A stretch of 64,000 bases of DNA from contig OZ024744.1 in NCBI GenBank assembly GCA_964016885.1, forward strand, positions 58,838,001 to 58,902,000, given 5' to 3'. The notes beneath the pieces are model-generated. The model ran no database searches. It was not told where the DNA came from and saw only the letters and a list, made by a program, of their open reading frames with translations. The DNA is from Eledone cirrhosa. Its lineage: Eukaryota. Shown in pieces: positions 50,083 through 63,584 of the stretch. Position 1 is the first letter of the stretch, and each line of letters begins with the position of its first letter. The position numbers were made by a program, and so were the translations under genes.

Positions 50083-50984
50083 TGTTGGCATTCTAACAGG
50101 TAGATCTGGTGAGATAGTGGAGATGCTGGAAAGAAGGCATGTGGATGTGTGCTGTGTGCAAGAGGTGAGATGGAGAGGTGGTGCCTCTGCAAGACTAATC
50201 ACAGGAAAACATCTTAGTTATAAGCTTTTCTGGGTGGGTAATGATGATGGGTTAGGGAAATGGCCATGCCATGTTCGATATGTAGGAAAGGAACTGGCAT
50301 AAATTCCATAAAATGTACGTAATGCAGATCTTGGGTACACAAGAGATGTAGCGGGAAAGCAAGCAAACTAACAGGTAGGGAAAAATATGTATGCAGTAGA
50401 TGTACAGGGAAATTTGACAGTAGAAGTTACATTGATAGACACATTTTTCAAATGCAGGTATGTTCTATAGAAGTGGTTGATAGCTGCCGGTACCTAGGTG
50501 ATCAGATTAGCATGGGAGGAGGGTGTTCCGAGACCATAGTATCTAGAATAAGGGCAGGTTGGAAAAAAGTTTAGTGAGACATGGGCAGCAACTGCAGAGG
50601 ATATGCGACGGCTGGAGAGAAATGAAGCAAGCATACTCCGTTGGATGTGTAATGTCAATGTACATGAATAACCAAGCAAGGATGAGTTGAGAGAGAAACT
50701 GTGTTTAAGAGGGATAAGTTGTAGTGTGTAGGAGAGAAGACTGCAATGGTATGGACATATGATGTGCATGGAGGATGACCGCTGGGTAAAGAAGTGTCAA
50801 GAAATGCCAGTAGAAGGAAGACGCAGTAGAGGGAGACCACGAAAAACATGGGCGGAGGTTGAGAGCAGACTGCTGAAGCTCACGGAGGAGATGACGAAGG
50901 ACGTGACAAGTGGAGAGATGCTGTGCTGAATAGGACCCGTCCCACCCTTGCAAGCAGGGAAAAGTGGATGTAAAATGATGATGA

Positions 50985-50990
<6 letters not shown>
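50083..50990 (+). mobile_element. Compact deletion derivative of RTE family B (APE start fused to PHD and C-terminus)
   Basis: VGILTGRSGEIVEMLERRHVDVCCVQEVRW..GNDDGLG is joined directly to KWPC; then RLQWYGH..GRPRKTW and an (ATG)n tail. Confidence 0.85.
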
Positions 50991-51023
<33 letters not shown>

Positions 51024-51049
51024 TACATATATATATATATAGGTATGAT

Positions 51050-54000
51050 AGCATGGGTAGGACAGGCTGTCCCTTTTTGAATGATCAGGTCGGAGGACCG
51101 TGATTCACTGATTTGGATTGGTTTCTACAGCTGGATACCCTTCCTAACACCAACCACTTTACAGTTGGGCTGGGTGTTTTTTGCCATGTGGCCTACACGA
51201 CCACTTTACAGTGTGGACTGGGTGCTTTTTGTCATGACACCTACACAATCGCTATACAGTGTGGACAGGGTGCTTTTTGTTGTGACACCTATACAACCAC
51301 TTTACAATGCGAAATGGGCGCTCACTTTTGTCATGACACCTACATAACCACTATAGTCGGCTGAGCTCTTTTGTCGTGACTCCAGGAGGGATCACTTTAT
51401 ACAGGAGGTTGGAAACTTGGGAGGGGTGGGAAGATGCTTTGGGAAATTGGGGATGTAGGTATAAGGGAGGTTTATGGGAGGGAAGATGGTGTTACCTAGT
51501 AGGTATATGCCTCAGCCCCTAAGAATAATAGAGGGTAAGTCTTTTGTAATACTTCATAACGCCAGAGGTCATGGTCCTGTGGCATCGCCCTAGTGCAGTG
51601 TAATTGTGCAAGGTTAGCTTTTATTACCTCATCCCAAATCTTCCTAGGCCTGCCTACTCCATGACTACCATCAACTTTGAGCGCTCTGCGGCTTTTTATA
51701 TAGCTGTCATCCTTCATACACATCACATGTCCATATCAATGCAATCTCCTCTCCTGCACACCACTGATCCCTCTTATTCCTAATTTCTCATGCAATACAT
51801 TTATACTTTGCCATTCATGTATATTGCTATTGCACATCCAGCGAAGCATGGAGACTTCATTTCTTTCCAATCTTCGCAGGTCCTCAGCACACAGTGCCCA
51901 GGTCTTATTGCTGTCCATATACCTGCATCATACAATCTGCCTTTCATTTTGAGGGGAAAAACCTTTTGTAGTTAGTAACGGTAGTGGCTCCCTGAACTTT
52001 CTCCAACCTGATATATATATACACAAATGTACAGGATGTCCCCCAAAAATGTATACACATTTCAACATCATTCTAATCAAAGTGTGTATACATTTTTGGG
52101 TGACACCCTGTATATGTATTTAACTATATATGTATTATTATCTCCATCCAAGGCCACCTTTCCATGCTTGCAAGGGACTTTTTGGGCAAAGTATCTCTCT
52201 ACTTGCTGAATTCTTTTGTGGGCTTCAGTAATTTGGGATCAGCTCTCACCACCTCCACCCAGATTTTCCTTTGTCTTCTAGTGCGGCTTCTTGTCACTGG
52301 GATTTCCTGGCACTGATTCCTCCTATACTCAGTTTTTCTCTCAGTTTATCCATGCATTGTCTTTCACACACATTAATATTCTGCATCTATTGGAGCATGC
52401 TTGCTTCATTTCTCTCCAATCTTCACATATCACATGTCCATATCAATGCAATCTCCCCTCCTGCACACAACTACTGATCCCTCTTATGCCTAATTTCTCA
52501 TGCAGTACATTTATACTTTGCCGTTCACGTATATTGCTATTGCACATCCAGCAAAGCATGGAACTTCATTTCTTTCCAATTTTCGCAGGTCCTCAGCACA
52601 CAGTGCCCAGGTCTCGCTGCTGTGCAACATTGCTGTCCATATACCTGCATCATACAGTCTGTCTTTCATTTTGAGGGAAAAACCTTTTGTAGTTAGTAAC
52701 GGTAGTGGCTCCCCGATCTTACTCTGGTTACTGTGCTTTCAGAACACCCACCTCCACTGCTGATTTGATCACCCAGGTAACAGAAGCTATCTACCACTTC
52801 TATAGAGCCCTCTAGGCATTTGAAGGTAATTGCATCTTGAGAGCTCTTGCTACTTATTGCTCCAGTGCACTGACTGCATGTAAAACCTACATTCTTTGTT
52901 AGCCTGCCTGAGATCCTACCTACTCATTTTCTGCACACTAAGCAAGGCCATTTCCCTGAGGAGATCTGGGCACTGTTAACCTTTCTACTTACTAGCACTT
53001 TAGTTTTTGCTAAGTTGACACTAAGACCTTTAAATTCCAGGCCGTGCTTCCAGGTTTGGAATTTCATCTCTAATTCAGCTATAGATTCGGTTATAAGGAT
53101 TAGGTCATCTGCATACAGAAGTTCCCAAGGGCAGTCAGTCTTAAACTCCTCTGTTATTGCCTTTAGGACGATAATAAACAGGAAGGGACTAAGAACTGAG
53201 CCTTGGTGGACACCAATCTTCACACTATCATCATCGTAATTTAACGTCTATCTTCCATGCTAGAATGGGTTAGACGCGTTAGTCCCATTTAGATGCAAGT
53301 TTGGTTAGGTTTCCATGTCTCACTCATATATATATATATATATATCATCACCATCATCATCATCATTTTTATGTCCATTTTTCCATGCTTTCATAGGTTA
53401 GATGGGCCCTTTTCAGCACCACATCTCTCCACTTGCCGAGTTCCTTCATCATCTCTTCTGTGAGTCTCAACAATCTGAGATCAGCTCTCACCCCCTCCAT
53501 CCAAGTCTTCCTTGATCTACCTCTGCTGCAGCTTCTCTCCACTTGGATTTTTTGGCAATTCTTCACCCAGCAATCATCATCCAGGAGTATTACATGTATG
53601 TACCAACACAGTCTTTTCCCTTGCACACCACTTTGGATTCCTCTTAAACCCAGCTTCTCCCTCAACTTATCCAAGCTCTGCCTTGCTCTCACATTTACAT
53701 TGCACACACAACAAAGCATGGTGGCTTCATTACTCTCCAGTCAAACATATCCTCCGCAGTCACTGCCCATGTTTCATTACCATGTAGTATTGTACTTCAG
53801 ACACAGGCATCATTCAGTTGTCCTTTTGTACGTAAGGAGAAACCTTTTGTAGTCAACAGTGGGAGTAACTCTCTAAACTTCTTCCATCCTATCTTTATTC
53901 TAGCTATCAGATTACCCTATTCCACAGCTAATTAAGTCACCTAGACTGTAGAAGCTATCAGCCACTTCTATGGATCCTTCCTGTGATTGGAAAAGGTTTA

Positions 54001-54075
54001 TATCATTGATGCTCTTCCCCTCAATCACCCGTTTGCATCTTCTATATACAAAGCCTTCCGTTCCTGTTAGTCTAC
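51050..54075 (-). mobile_element. Stack of at least four degraded minus-strand RTE fragments (families A and B)
   Basis: ORFs 51496-51726, 51736-51918, 52924-53223 (QGSVLSP, YADD), 53369-53719 and 53912-54124; separated by (TA)n/(ATC)n. Confidence 0.85.
52032..52110. mobile_element. 79-bp Tc1/mariner MITE
   Basis: TA|CAGGATGTCCCCCAAAAATGTATACAC...GTGTATACATTTTTGGGTGACACCCTG|TA. Confidence 0.85.
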
Positions 54076-54584
54076 CTATATATATATATTGGCAATATGA
54101 CCCTCCCAAAATATAATTATACATATATATAGAGAGAGAGATAGAGCTAGGTAGGTAGGTGTGTATCTATCTATAAACTACTAAAACTTTGTATTTGTGT
54201 GCTTGTCTGTGATTTAATACAGCTAAAAATGGCACATAATGGGAAAATACTTTGAAAGGAAGTTGCCTCTGAAATGGGAATACAAATGGAATAAAACAAG
54301 TTTCACATAAATGGGAATACAAATGGAATAAAACAAGTTTCACGTAAATCGGAGCACAGGTTCCTGGGATATGGGGGTTTTCCGGGTACATTCATAAATA
54401 GAGAGAAAGAGATAGTGGTTGTAAGAGAATAGATTGAAAGAGAGACATAGAGAGTGAGAGAAGGAGACAGAGAAGGAAAATGGAAGAAGAGGGAGAAAGC
54501 TAGAGGTGTTGTTGAATGAAATATGTGTGTGTATGTATACATACAGGAAATCATCAAACTGGAGCAGTCTATGTAACTATCTAT

Positions 54585-55062
54585 CTTAGGGCAGCCGAGT
54601 CCATCGTGAGGATCACCCCGCCGCCTTCATTTAAGAACGAAGGAGAGGCGGTTTTCCTCTGTCTGGTGGCTATGGCGAAAGAGGTAATATGGTGGACGAG
54701 GTTAAAAGGACTGAGGACAAACACCCTTCTCTCCGGACAACAACTTATCCCTTCTTTAAGTATCACTTCAGAAAGGGAGGTGAGAGTAAATTCTTACCTC
54801 AGTAAATTCGCTGAAAGGTGGGTAAATGTGGCGAAAATGGCCGGAGTGAATGGGCCTTCTCTGTATATAAACCTGTAGGTTGAGGAAGATAAACAACCCT
54901 GCAGTAACGTTCCCCCCTAATGGGGATTTCAATTGTTATTTTATTATATATAGTTTATTGTTATTTATTAATGTTAAAGTTATTTTTATGTAAAACCCCC
55001 GCCGTCACGTCTTGTAATGTCCCATTTTTGTACGCCACGCCCCTGTGACAAATTAAGAAAGA
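54585..55062 (+). mobile_element. L1/Tx1-type LINE 3' fragment and UTR
   Basis: AVFLCLVAMAKEVIWWTR..F.ERW C-terminal motif; flanked by repeated TATCTATCTTAGG(G/A)CAGCC at ~54578 and ~55063. Confidence 0.65.
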
Positions 55063-55260
55063 TATCTATCTTAGGACAGCCTATCTATCTACATAGCTAC
55101 CTAACTGTCTGTCTATCTATAGCTATCTATTTATGTTTGTTTACCAATGTATCTATCTTTGGACAAGAACAACAATGACATCAACCAACAAAGCACAAAT
55201 CCCTATAGCAGTCCAAAGATAGCTAGAACTAAGTCATCATAATTTAGTGGTTATGTTTGA

Positions 55261-56694
55261 CTAGCAGAATAACCCGGCGTTGCTCGGGATTCTAAACATA
55301 GATTGGCATGTTTATCCCTCCTTTCTGAAACAGTTTTGTCGTATGTTCACCAATTGGTGCAGAAGTCCTAATAAAAAGTGAAGCCACCTTGGATGAATAG
55401 GCAAATAATTTTCCATTAAGATTTTTCAAAAGCATGTAATTGCGTTCCCTCTCTTTTTTGTTGTTTTTGCTGCTGTTGGTGTGATAGCAGCCATTGGTCG
55501 TACTACTAGCAGTCTCGTCCTTCTTCAGTCAATCATGTATATCCCCTTCTACCTCGTCAGAAATGAGAACAATATTTGCTTTAGGGTTCTTATACATTTG
55601 ATATATATTTATCCTTATTGAGCCTCGTGAAATAAATACATTTGTTTATATTTTGTTATTGTGTATGCAAAAAATATCTGTACACGAATATATAATTATA
55701 TATACATATATTACAATAACAGATTAAGACAATGTCACTGGACCGAGACCTTTGGCGGTACTCAGTAATAGAGAAGACCCGCCTTACCTAAATACAAAGT
55801 AAAAACCTACTACAGTCAGTAGGCATCTCTATCAAAACACCCCCCCGTCCCACCACCTCCACCCCATCCACACCGCCCCTTTCAATGTACAGTTATGTTG
55901 GTCCCACAACATCCAGGCCGAAACAAATGAGATCGTGTAGGTGTCACGACAAAAAAACACACAGTCCACGCTGTAAATGTGGCCGTGTAGGCAACACGGT
56001 AAAAACCTCCCAGCCCCACACTGTAAATGTGGTTGGTGTTAGGAAGGGCATCCAGCTGTAGAAAACCCGCCAGACAGTCCACGCTGTAATGTGGCCGTGT
56101 AGGCAACACGGTAAAAACCTCCCAGCCCCACACTGTAAATGTGGTTGGTGTTAGGAAGGGCATCCAACTGTAGAAAACCCGCCAGACAGTCCTATGCGAG
56201 CAAGACAACCACTCTTGCCTCAAGTGGGAAAACCCCCGTCCAAACCCATGCAAGCGTGGAACACGGACGCTAAACCTGATGATGATGATGATGATGATGA
56301 TTAAAGTTTAAGTGAAGAATCGCTGCTTTCACCCTTAACGGGATCTGCTGAAACTAAAAAAAATCAATCTGTGAACGCAGAAGTAAATATTTCGAAAAAC
56401 GTTACACACTATATATATATACACACACACTATATATACATATATATACACACACAGATAGTGCCATAATGTCGTAATGCAGACAGCCAGACATACAGAC
56501 AGATATTATAAGGGCGCAACGTTATAGCTATCTAATGTAGTCCCTAGGTCATTGAAAATTTGAAATATTTTTTGCTCAAAACACTCACATGACCATAAGT
56601 ATTACATGTGTAAAGTTTGAAAAAAAATCGGTTGGGTGGTTCTCAAGTTTTAGGGAGTCAGACAGACAGACATTCTCTGTTTTAGATATATAGA
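55261..56694 (-). mobile_element. Non-autonomous Helitron carrying a nested RTE 3' insertion
   Basis: A|CTAGCAGAATAACCCGGCGTTGCTCGGG (3' CTAG + hairpin on the minus strand) and ..GACAGACAGACA..ATATATAGA|T (5' TC); A/T target, no TSD. Confidence 0.82.
55726..56300 (+). mobile_element. RTE family A 3' end, near-identical to 15366-15931
   Basis: About nine substitutions over ~560 bp by eye; same 113-bp UTR duplication; possible TSD GATTAA. Confidence 0.93.
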
Positions 56695-56736
56695 TAACAA
56701 AGAAAATATGACAGAAAATTATTGTAATTGATTTAA

Positions 56737-56950
56737 CCCTTTAGCCTTTAAACAGACCATGTCCGCCAGAATTTTCTCATCTCTTTCTGTTCAAACCGGC
56801 TGTACCCAGCCACTGAAACTGATGTTAGGTATTTTTCTTAAAATAACTAATATCAAAATCTGATAGATTCAATATTATGTGAGATAATTATGTAAAGTAA
56901 AGACCATGAAAATACAATAGTAAATATAAAGTAATGTAAATGCTAAAGGG
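56737..56950. mobile_element. piggyBac-type MITE
   Basis: TTAA|CCCTTTAGC ... GCTAAAGGG|TTAA. Confidence 0.85.
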
Positions 56951-57123
56951 TTAAGTGAATGTAAAATGAAATACAACAATGGACAAAGTGACAAAATAGA
57001 AAATTTTGAAGAAAACACAGAAATTCAAACTTCTTTAAGTAGAATCTTTTAATCAAGGAATTATTGAATCAGGTTTTATTTTATGATAGCCATCATTTTT
57101 ATGTACTATGCTAATATATATAT

Positions 57124-59441
57124 ATCATCATCATCGTTTAATGTCTATCTTCCACGCTAGCATGGGTTTAGACAGGAATTGTCCCACGTGAGGCAAGATT
57201 GGCTGTCTTGCTCGTATAGGACTGTCTGGCGGGTTTTCTACGGCTGGATGCCCTTCCTAATACCAACCACGTTTACAGTGTGGACTGGGATGTTTTTACC
57301 GTGTTACCTACACGGCCACATTACAGCATGGACTGTGTTTTTTTGTCATTACACCTACACAACCTCATTTATTTAGGACTGGATGTTGTGGCACCAACAT
57401 AACTTTACAGAGAATGGGATGGTGTAGGTGGGGGTGGGTAGTGAGATGGGGGTATGGGTAGTGAGATGGGGGTGTATTTTTGGTTAAGAGGTGCCTACTG
57501 ACTGTAGGTTTCGCTTTGTACTTAGGCAAGGCGGGTCCTCTGTATTACTGTGTAGCGCCAAAATCTCGGTCCAGTGACATTGTCTTGGAGAGGTGTAAGT
57601 GTGTAAGGTCGGAATTTATCAAATCGTCCCAGGTTTTTCTGTGTCTGCCTACTCCGCAGCTTCCATCTATTTTTATCGCCCTGCACTTTTTTATACAGCT
57701 GTCGTCTTCCATGCGCATCACGTGACCATACTAACGTAGTCTTCTCTCGAGTAAACAACATCTGATTCCTCTTATTCCTAATTTCTCCCTTAGTTCATTT
57801 ATGCTTTGCCGTTCACGTATATTACTATTACACATCCAACGGAGCATGCAAGCTTCGTTCCTCTCCAGTCTGCGTATATCCTCTGCACACAATGCCCAGG
57901 TCTCACTGCCATGTAACATAGCTGTTCGTATGCAGGCATCATACAGCCTGCCTTTCATTTTTAGAGAGAAACCTTTTGTGGCCAATAGTGGTATAAGCTC
58001 TCTGAACTTTTTCCATACTGTTCTGACTCTAGCTACTGTACTTTCAGAGCACCCTCCACCACTGCTGATTTTGTCACCCAGGTAACAGAAGGTGTCCACT
58101 ATTTCTATAGAACCATCTGTGCAATGGAAGGAGCTAGTATCCTGTGGGCACTTGCTACTACTTATTGCACCTGAGCACCGGCCATATATAAAATCTATGT
58201 TCTTAGTTAGCTTACCTGTGATCCTACTACATCTTTTATGCACCCATACTTTGCATTTGGGACATAAAATGGAGTTTCTGCCTACCCCTTTCCTACACAC
58301 TGAGCATGGCCATTTCCCAGTGCCCTATTTTCCTTCCTACATACTAGAACTTTAGTCTTAGACAAGTTAATTTTAAGGCCTTTTGATTCTAGGCCATGCT
58401 TCCAAGTTTGGAATTTCTTCTCTAGTTCAGCCATTGATTCAGCTATGAGCGTTAGATCCTCTGCGTATAGAAGTTCCCATGGACAGCCGATCTTGAACTC
58501 CTGTTATAGCCTGAAGGGCAATAATAAATAGGGGGGGGGGGGGGCTAAGGACAGAGCCCTGATGAACACCAACTTTTACGCTAAATTGTTCAATATATTT
58601 GTTGTTAATTCTAACCTTGCTGACTGTTTCTTTATACATAGCTTGTATAGCTCTCACAAGCCATTCATCTACACCTAGTTTTCTAATAGCCCATCAGATA
58701 ATGGAGTGGGGGACTCTGTCAAAGGCTTTCTCCAAGTCAATAAAAGCTAAGTCTAGGGGTTTACTTTTAGCTAGGTACTTCTCCTGTAGTTGTCGTACAA
58801 TGAAAAGAGCGTCTGTGGTACTTTTACCTGACACAAACCCAAACTGCATTTCATCTAGATCAATTTGCTCTAATTAGTTGCGCTATAACTTTTTCTGTGA
58901 CCTTCTTGACCTGGTCGATTAATTTAATGCCTCTATAGTTTCCCCTATCTAGGACATCTCCGTTACCCTTGTAGCAGTTAATGATGATGCTGCTACGCCA
59001 GTCATTTGGTATGACCCCATTCTGTATTACTTGGTTTACTATCCGGGTGACCATAGTGTGTCCTACCGTTCCAGATGCTTTCACCCTTCAGCAACTATCT
59101 CCGAAGGCCCAGCTGCTTTGCCTGTCTTATCTTTGATTGCCTTACTTATTATACTACCTTCAACTTGCACTGCTGGTCCCTCTATTGGATCGATGTGGGG
59201 AGACTGTCTTTCTCCCATTTATTCTCCTCATTTAGTAGCCTTTCGTAGTGACACTTCCAAGTTACCTTCTTATCAGTATCAGTGATGGCAAGTACATAAT
59301 CATCATTAAGTACACACTTCTCCCCAACAATATCACTGTTTTCCTTGACACATTGCCTAACAATCCTGAACACCTCACGTTTTTGGTCCTCGCGTTGTAG
59401 AACATGCTTGAACTTTCTTTCCTCTGCTTCCCTTCTTGCAA
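57124..59441 (-). mobile_element. 5'-truncated RTE LINE family A
   Basis: RT, PHD and C-terminal ORF pieces at 57522-59440; (ATC)n tail at 57124; 5' end at a (CA/TA)n tract. Confidence 0.93.
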
Positions 59442-59987
59442 CTAAACACACACACACATATATATATATACACAAACACACACAGATGTATATATATATA
59501 TATACACACATACATGTATACATATGTACATACATACATGCACATATATAAATATATGTGCATGTATGTGTGTGTGTATATATATATGATATATACATTA
59601 GAAAACCATTTTAATTGTATTGTGTTGATGTGATTCATCAACGAATGAATGGGTGTATCCCACCCAGTTTAACAGGTTTGTGTTGTAGTTGATTTTATTG
59701 TTATTGTCAGTTTGGTATTTTAGTTGCTATTACAGTACTTAGTAACGAAACTATAAAACATCATCCATTAAAATATTTAGCATTTCAGACATATGACTGT
59801 ATATGTCACACTTTGTGATTCAACACAAAAGGAGATGAGCCAAGAAAGGAGCCTCCACACTACCACACAATAAGCTAAATAAAGCAGTGAAATCTACCTC
59901 GAATCAGATTGTTGACCTTTATTGTCTCCAGTCAAACACCAACACCAGGTTACCAGTGCCACCAACACTAAAGAGTATTGTCAGGTA

Positions 59988-60275
59988 CTGTGTTGTATAG
60001 TTATGAGACCTTACTCAATGTAACAGTCAAATCTCCCTCAACAAACTCCCCTTTGTCTTTAAAAGAGGGACCACATAAACCAGTGAGGGAGCTACTGTGT
60101 AGTTACTAGACCTTACACAATGTAACAGTCAAATCTCTCTCAACAAATTCCCCTTTATCTTTAAAAGAGGGACCACATAAACCAGTGAGGGAGTTACTGT
60201 GTAGTTACTAGACCTTATGCTATGTAAGTCATATCTCCCTCAACAAACTCCCCACTGTCTTTAAAATAGGGACCA
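59988..60275. repeat. Tandem repeat, ~102-bp unit, about 2.8 copies
   Basis: CCTTA..AATGTAACAGTCAAATCTC.CTCAACAAA recurs at ~60009, 60111 and 60213. Confidence 0.85.
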
Positions 60276-60436
60276 TCATTCAGTCAAGGACATCTTAATG
60301 CGTGAGCATGCTGGGCAGTAGCCCAAGTGCCCCATACTAATCTTACTGTCAATAAATAGATAAATACTAAACTATTCTAAACTATTTGTTAATGAAAAAT
60401 ACATATTTACTATGTGTTTTATTAAAGATAATGAAA

Positions 60437-60990
60437 GCTGGCCTCAACCATGGAGACAGCAAGTGTCCCGACAGAATTACCCTCTTCCCATTCGAAGAAC
60501 GTAGATCCCTCATCTGGGACGTGACATGCTGTGACATGTTCTCCGCCTCCAACTTAGTCTCTGCGGCCACAAACCCCAGTACTGCGGTCCACACTGCAGA
60601 GGAAAGACAAACAAATACCAAGGATTGTTTGGCCACTTCCTCTTTGCACAGGTCACTGTTGAGATCTCAGGTGCACATAGAACCCATACAGTCAAGCTCC
60701 TCTACAAGATTGGAATGTCAGCAGCCTATCAAAGGAAGGAGCCCCGTGAGGTGGGGTGGCTGTTGCAGTGGGTGTCACTAGACATTGTCCACAGAAATGC
60801 TTTTGCAGCCTTGTCCACAGGGTGCAGCCCCAACACCGCTGAGCCCTAGGCCTAGAGCCCATCAACCCTCCCCCCTTCCATTCTTTTGTGACCCCAGAAT
60901 CCTTGCCCTTCCCTTCATTTTCCGTTTTTAAATATCTGTGGGGTTTTGTGTTTATTTGAAATAGATTTGTTTATGATTTTTTTTTTTTTT
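60437..60990 (+). mobile_element. CRE-type retrotransposon 3' fragment
   Basis: KCPDRITLFPF..LIWDVTC..AE..KY..EPREVGWLLQWVSLDIVHRN. Confidence 0.78.
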
Positions 60991-61347
60991 ATTAATAAAA
61001 GGCAGTATAAATATTAATGTTAATTTTTATAACAAAAAGACTTTGGCATTTATCTCTGATTTAATATCAGAGTCATATCTGCAACCATTCATACATGTAA
61101 GTGTGTGTATCTCAGAATTACCTTTGCAACAACAGATACAGGTATGCATACATCTCACACTTGTTACACAATGTAAAACTCTACATGCTAACATCAATTC
61201 AATTCACTTGACAGTTCATAGCAAAGTTATTAGTTGTATTTATATGCCATTTGTTGTTAGAGATTGAATCTGAGATTTGTAGCGACGCTGGTTGGTCAGT
61301 CTAGTCACTACTTCTGATCAGATCCGAGAATAGTCCTTAGAAGGACT

Positions 61348-63387
61348 TGTAGCGGTTGTCTCCCTTGTTTGGATTAACATCTAGACGGGAAGTAGAACCC
61401 TTTCTGTAACTTCCGGTCAGAACCCTATAAAACTAACAACTTTAAGTTCTCACTCTCTCATTTGGCTCTGCCTCTCATTTGGCCTTCCGGCGCCTGGCTG
61501 GCCTTAGCCAGGCGTCCTCTGCCAGCCGCGTTTGCCTGGCAATCAAAACGGTAACGACTAACTTTGTTTCATTCTATCATCTATGTCTTTGACATGTCAA
61601 CTATACTATCTACCATTGTTAATTAAATATTATCTACACACAAACAATGTATTCCTTGTTACATTCATACTACCCAGTATCTTCGCTATATTGGTAACCC
61701 TGACGTGATACGAACACGCAGCCGTTCATCGCTATAAGTGGTCACCCCCCAAAAAATAGCAGATCTGACGTTGTGTGACTAGCATTACGAATACACAGCA
61801 AATTTATCGACAAACTATGAAAATACTCAGTAAAAGAAACAAACGCACACACGCACATGTGGAATTCGCGTTCAGACAGACTTTTTCTCTCACGCATCAA
61901 CTAACTGTCGCATTACACGATATATATATATGTTTCTCGTTTCTTACAACGAACACTTTCAAAACAACAACAAAAAAAAAAAGGAAATTTGATATCCTTT
62001 AAAAAAACATTTCAACAGGAACATTTATTTTCGATGAACCATTGCCTTTTTGTTCATCGTTTTCTTCATCGTTCAAGTTTTTTTTCCAAAGTTCACACCA
62101 ATAATTATGCTGAGTGAAGCCTTTCTTTTTCATCATGGTCACTTTCAAAATTGCACTATCATTTTCTCGCGCGTTAGAAATATTATTTTTTCAACCTTGT
62201 ATTGGCACGTGTAGGCAGCACAAATTCTCGACTCACAGAGATAGCCGCACGCCAGAGATAACGTTTCTCGCCAAGGATTCTTCAGCCTTAAGCTATATTC
62301 TCCTATTTGCCGGTTTAAAAATTTACTACGTAAATTTGCCATTGAAAACTGCGCATTTATTCAGAATGCTTATTTCTTTGGTCGCTGGCCTCTTGACCCT
62401 TCCAGGTTAACGCATTCTCAACATCGACCATCAACTTCGGCTGCTATTTCTAGCACTTTGCGCAACTCATTTTTTCTAAAAAAAAATTTTTTTTTTACTG
62501 TGAATTTAAACACCGAATATGCTCACTCAGCGAGACAACAGCAGCAGCAACAGCAACAGCAACAGCGATATGACAGCAACAGCAGCAGCAACAGCAATAC
62601 AGCAGCAACAGCAGCAGCAACAGCAACAGCAATACAGCAGCAACAGCAACAGCAATATAACAGCAACAGCAGCAGCAACAGCAACAGCAATACATCAACA
62701 CAGCTTCACCAACAACCAAAGCCAGAGAATTTATTTTTGCAGCACTCTTCCTGTGAGAAAATCCATTCGGAGGTTGGAAATTTCACGATATACCACAGAA
62801 CAGAGACCACCTGCATTCATTCTCTGGAACACACTTTCTTTCCTGCTGTCATGTGATTGCACACCTGTGAACTATATTTTGTACATTTGAACTTTGAGCC
62901 CTTCTCTTACTTTACTACCTTGATATCTATCATTGATTTTTGCAAACATTCTTTTGTCGTAATTTTCATGCCTGTTACAACATTCTCGCCAACTTGCTAC
63001 ATATTTCAATTCGATTTTTATATTCTAAAATTCTGGCGGGAGGTTATGTAGCGGTTGTCTCCCTTGTTTGGATTAACATCTAGACGGGAAGTAGAACCCT
63101 TTCTGTAACTTCCGGTCAGAACCCTATAAAACTAACAACTTTAAGTTCTCACTCTCTCATTTGGCTCTGCCTCTCATTTGGCCTTCCGGCGCCTGGCTGG
63201 CCTTAGCCAGGCGTCCTCTGCCAGCCACGTTTGCCTGGCAATCAAAACGGTAACGACTAACTTTGTTTCATTCTATCATCTATGTCTTTGACATGTCAAC
63301 TATACTATCTACCATTGTTAATTAAATATTACCTACACAAACAATGTATTCCTTGTTACATTCATACTACCCAGTATCTTCGCTATA
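61348..63387 (+). mobile_element. Non-autonomous LTR retroelement 2: LTRs at 61348-61690 and 63047-63387
   Basis: LTRs TGTAGCG...CGCTATA differ by about two substitutions and a 2-bp indel. TSD GACT (61344-61347, 63388-63391). tRNA-Trp PBS at 61692. CTGGCGGGAGGTTA precedes the 3' LTR. Non-coding interior with (CAG/CAA)n. Confidence 0.95.
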
Positions 63388-63584
63388 GACTGTTATCGCA
63401 TACGGTCTGATCAGATATGAAGATAGCCCTTAAAAGAACTGTTGAGGATGGACAGACGAAAGCACAGGTTGAAAGGACGAAGCAAGGCGAGATGTAAATT
63501 CGATCAGCTATTTATTTTCATATAAAGCAACGATACAAGGTACAAGGTGTGTGTGAGTGACAAAGCGTAGCAGAGTAATATACG

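Noticed and set aside
62458-62890. Poly-Q/poly-S ORFs
   Set aside because: (CAG/CAA)n microsatellite inside the non-coding interior of LTR element 2; open in several frames with no domain.
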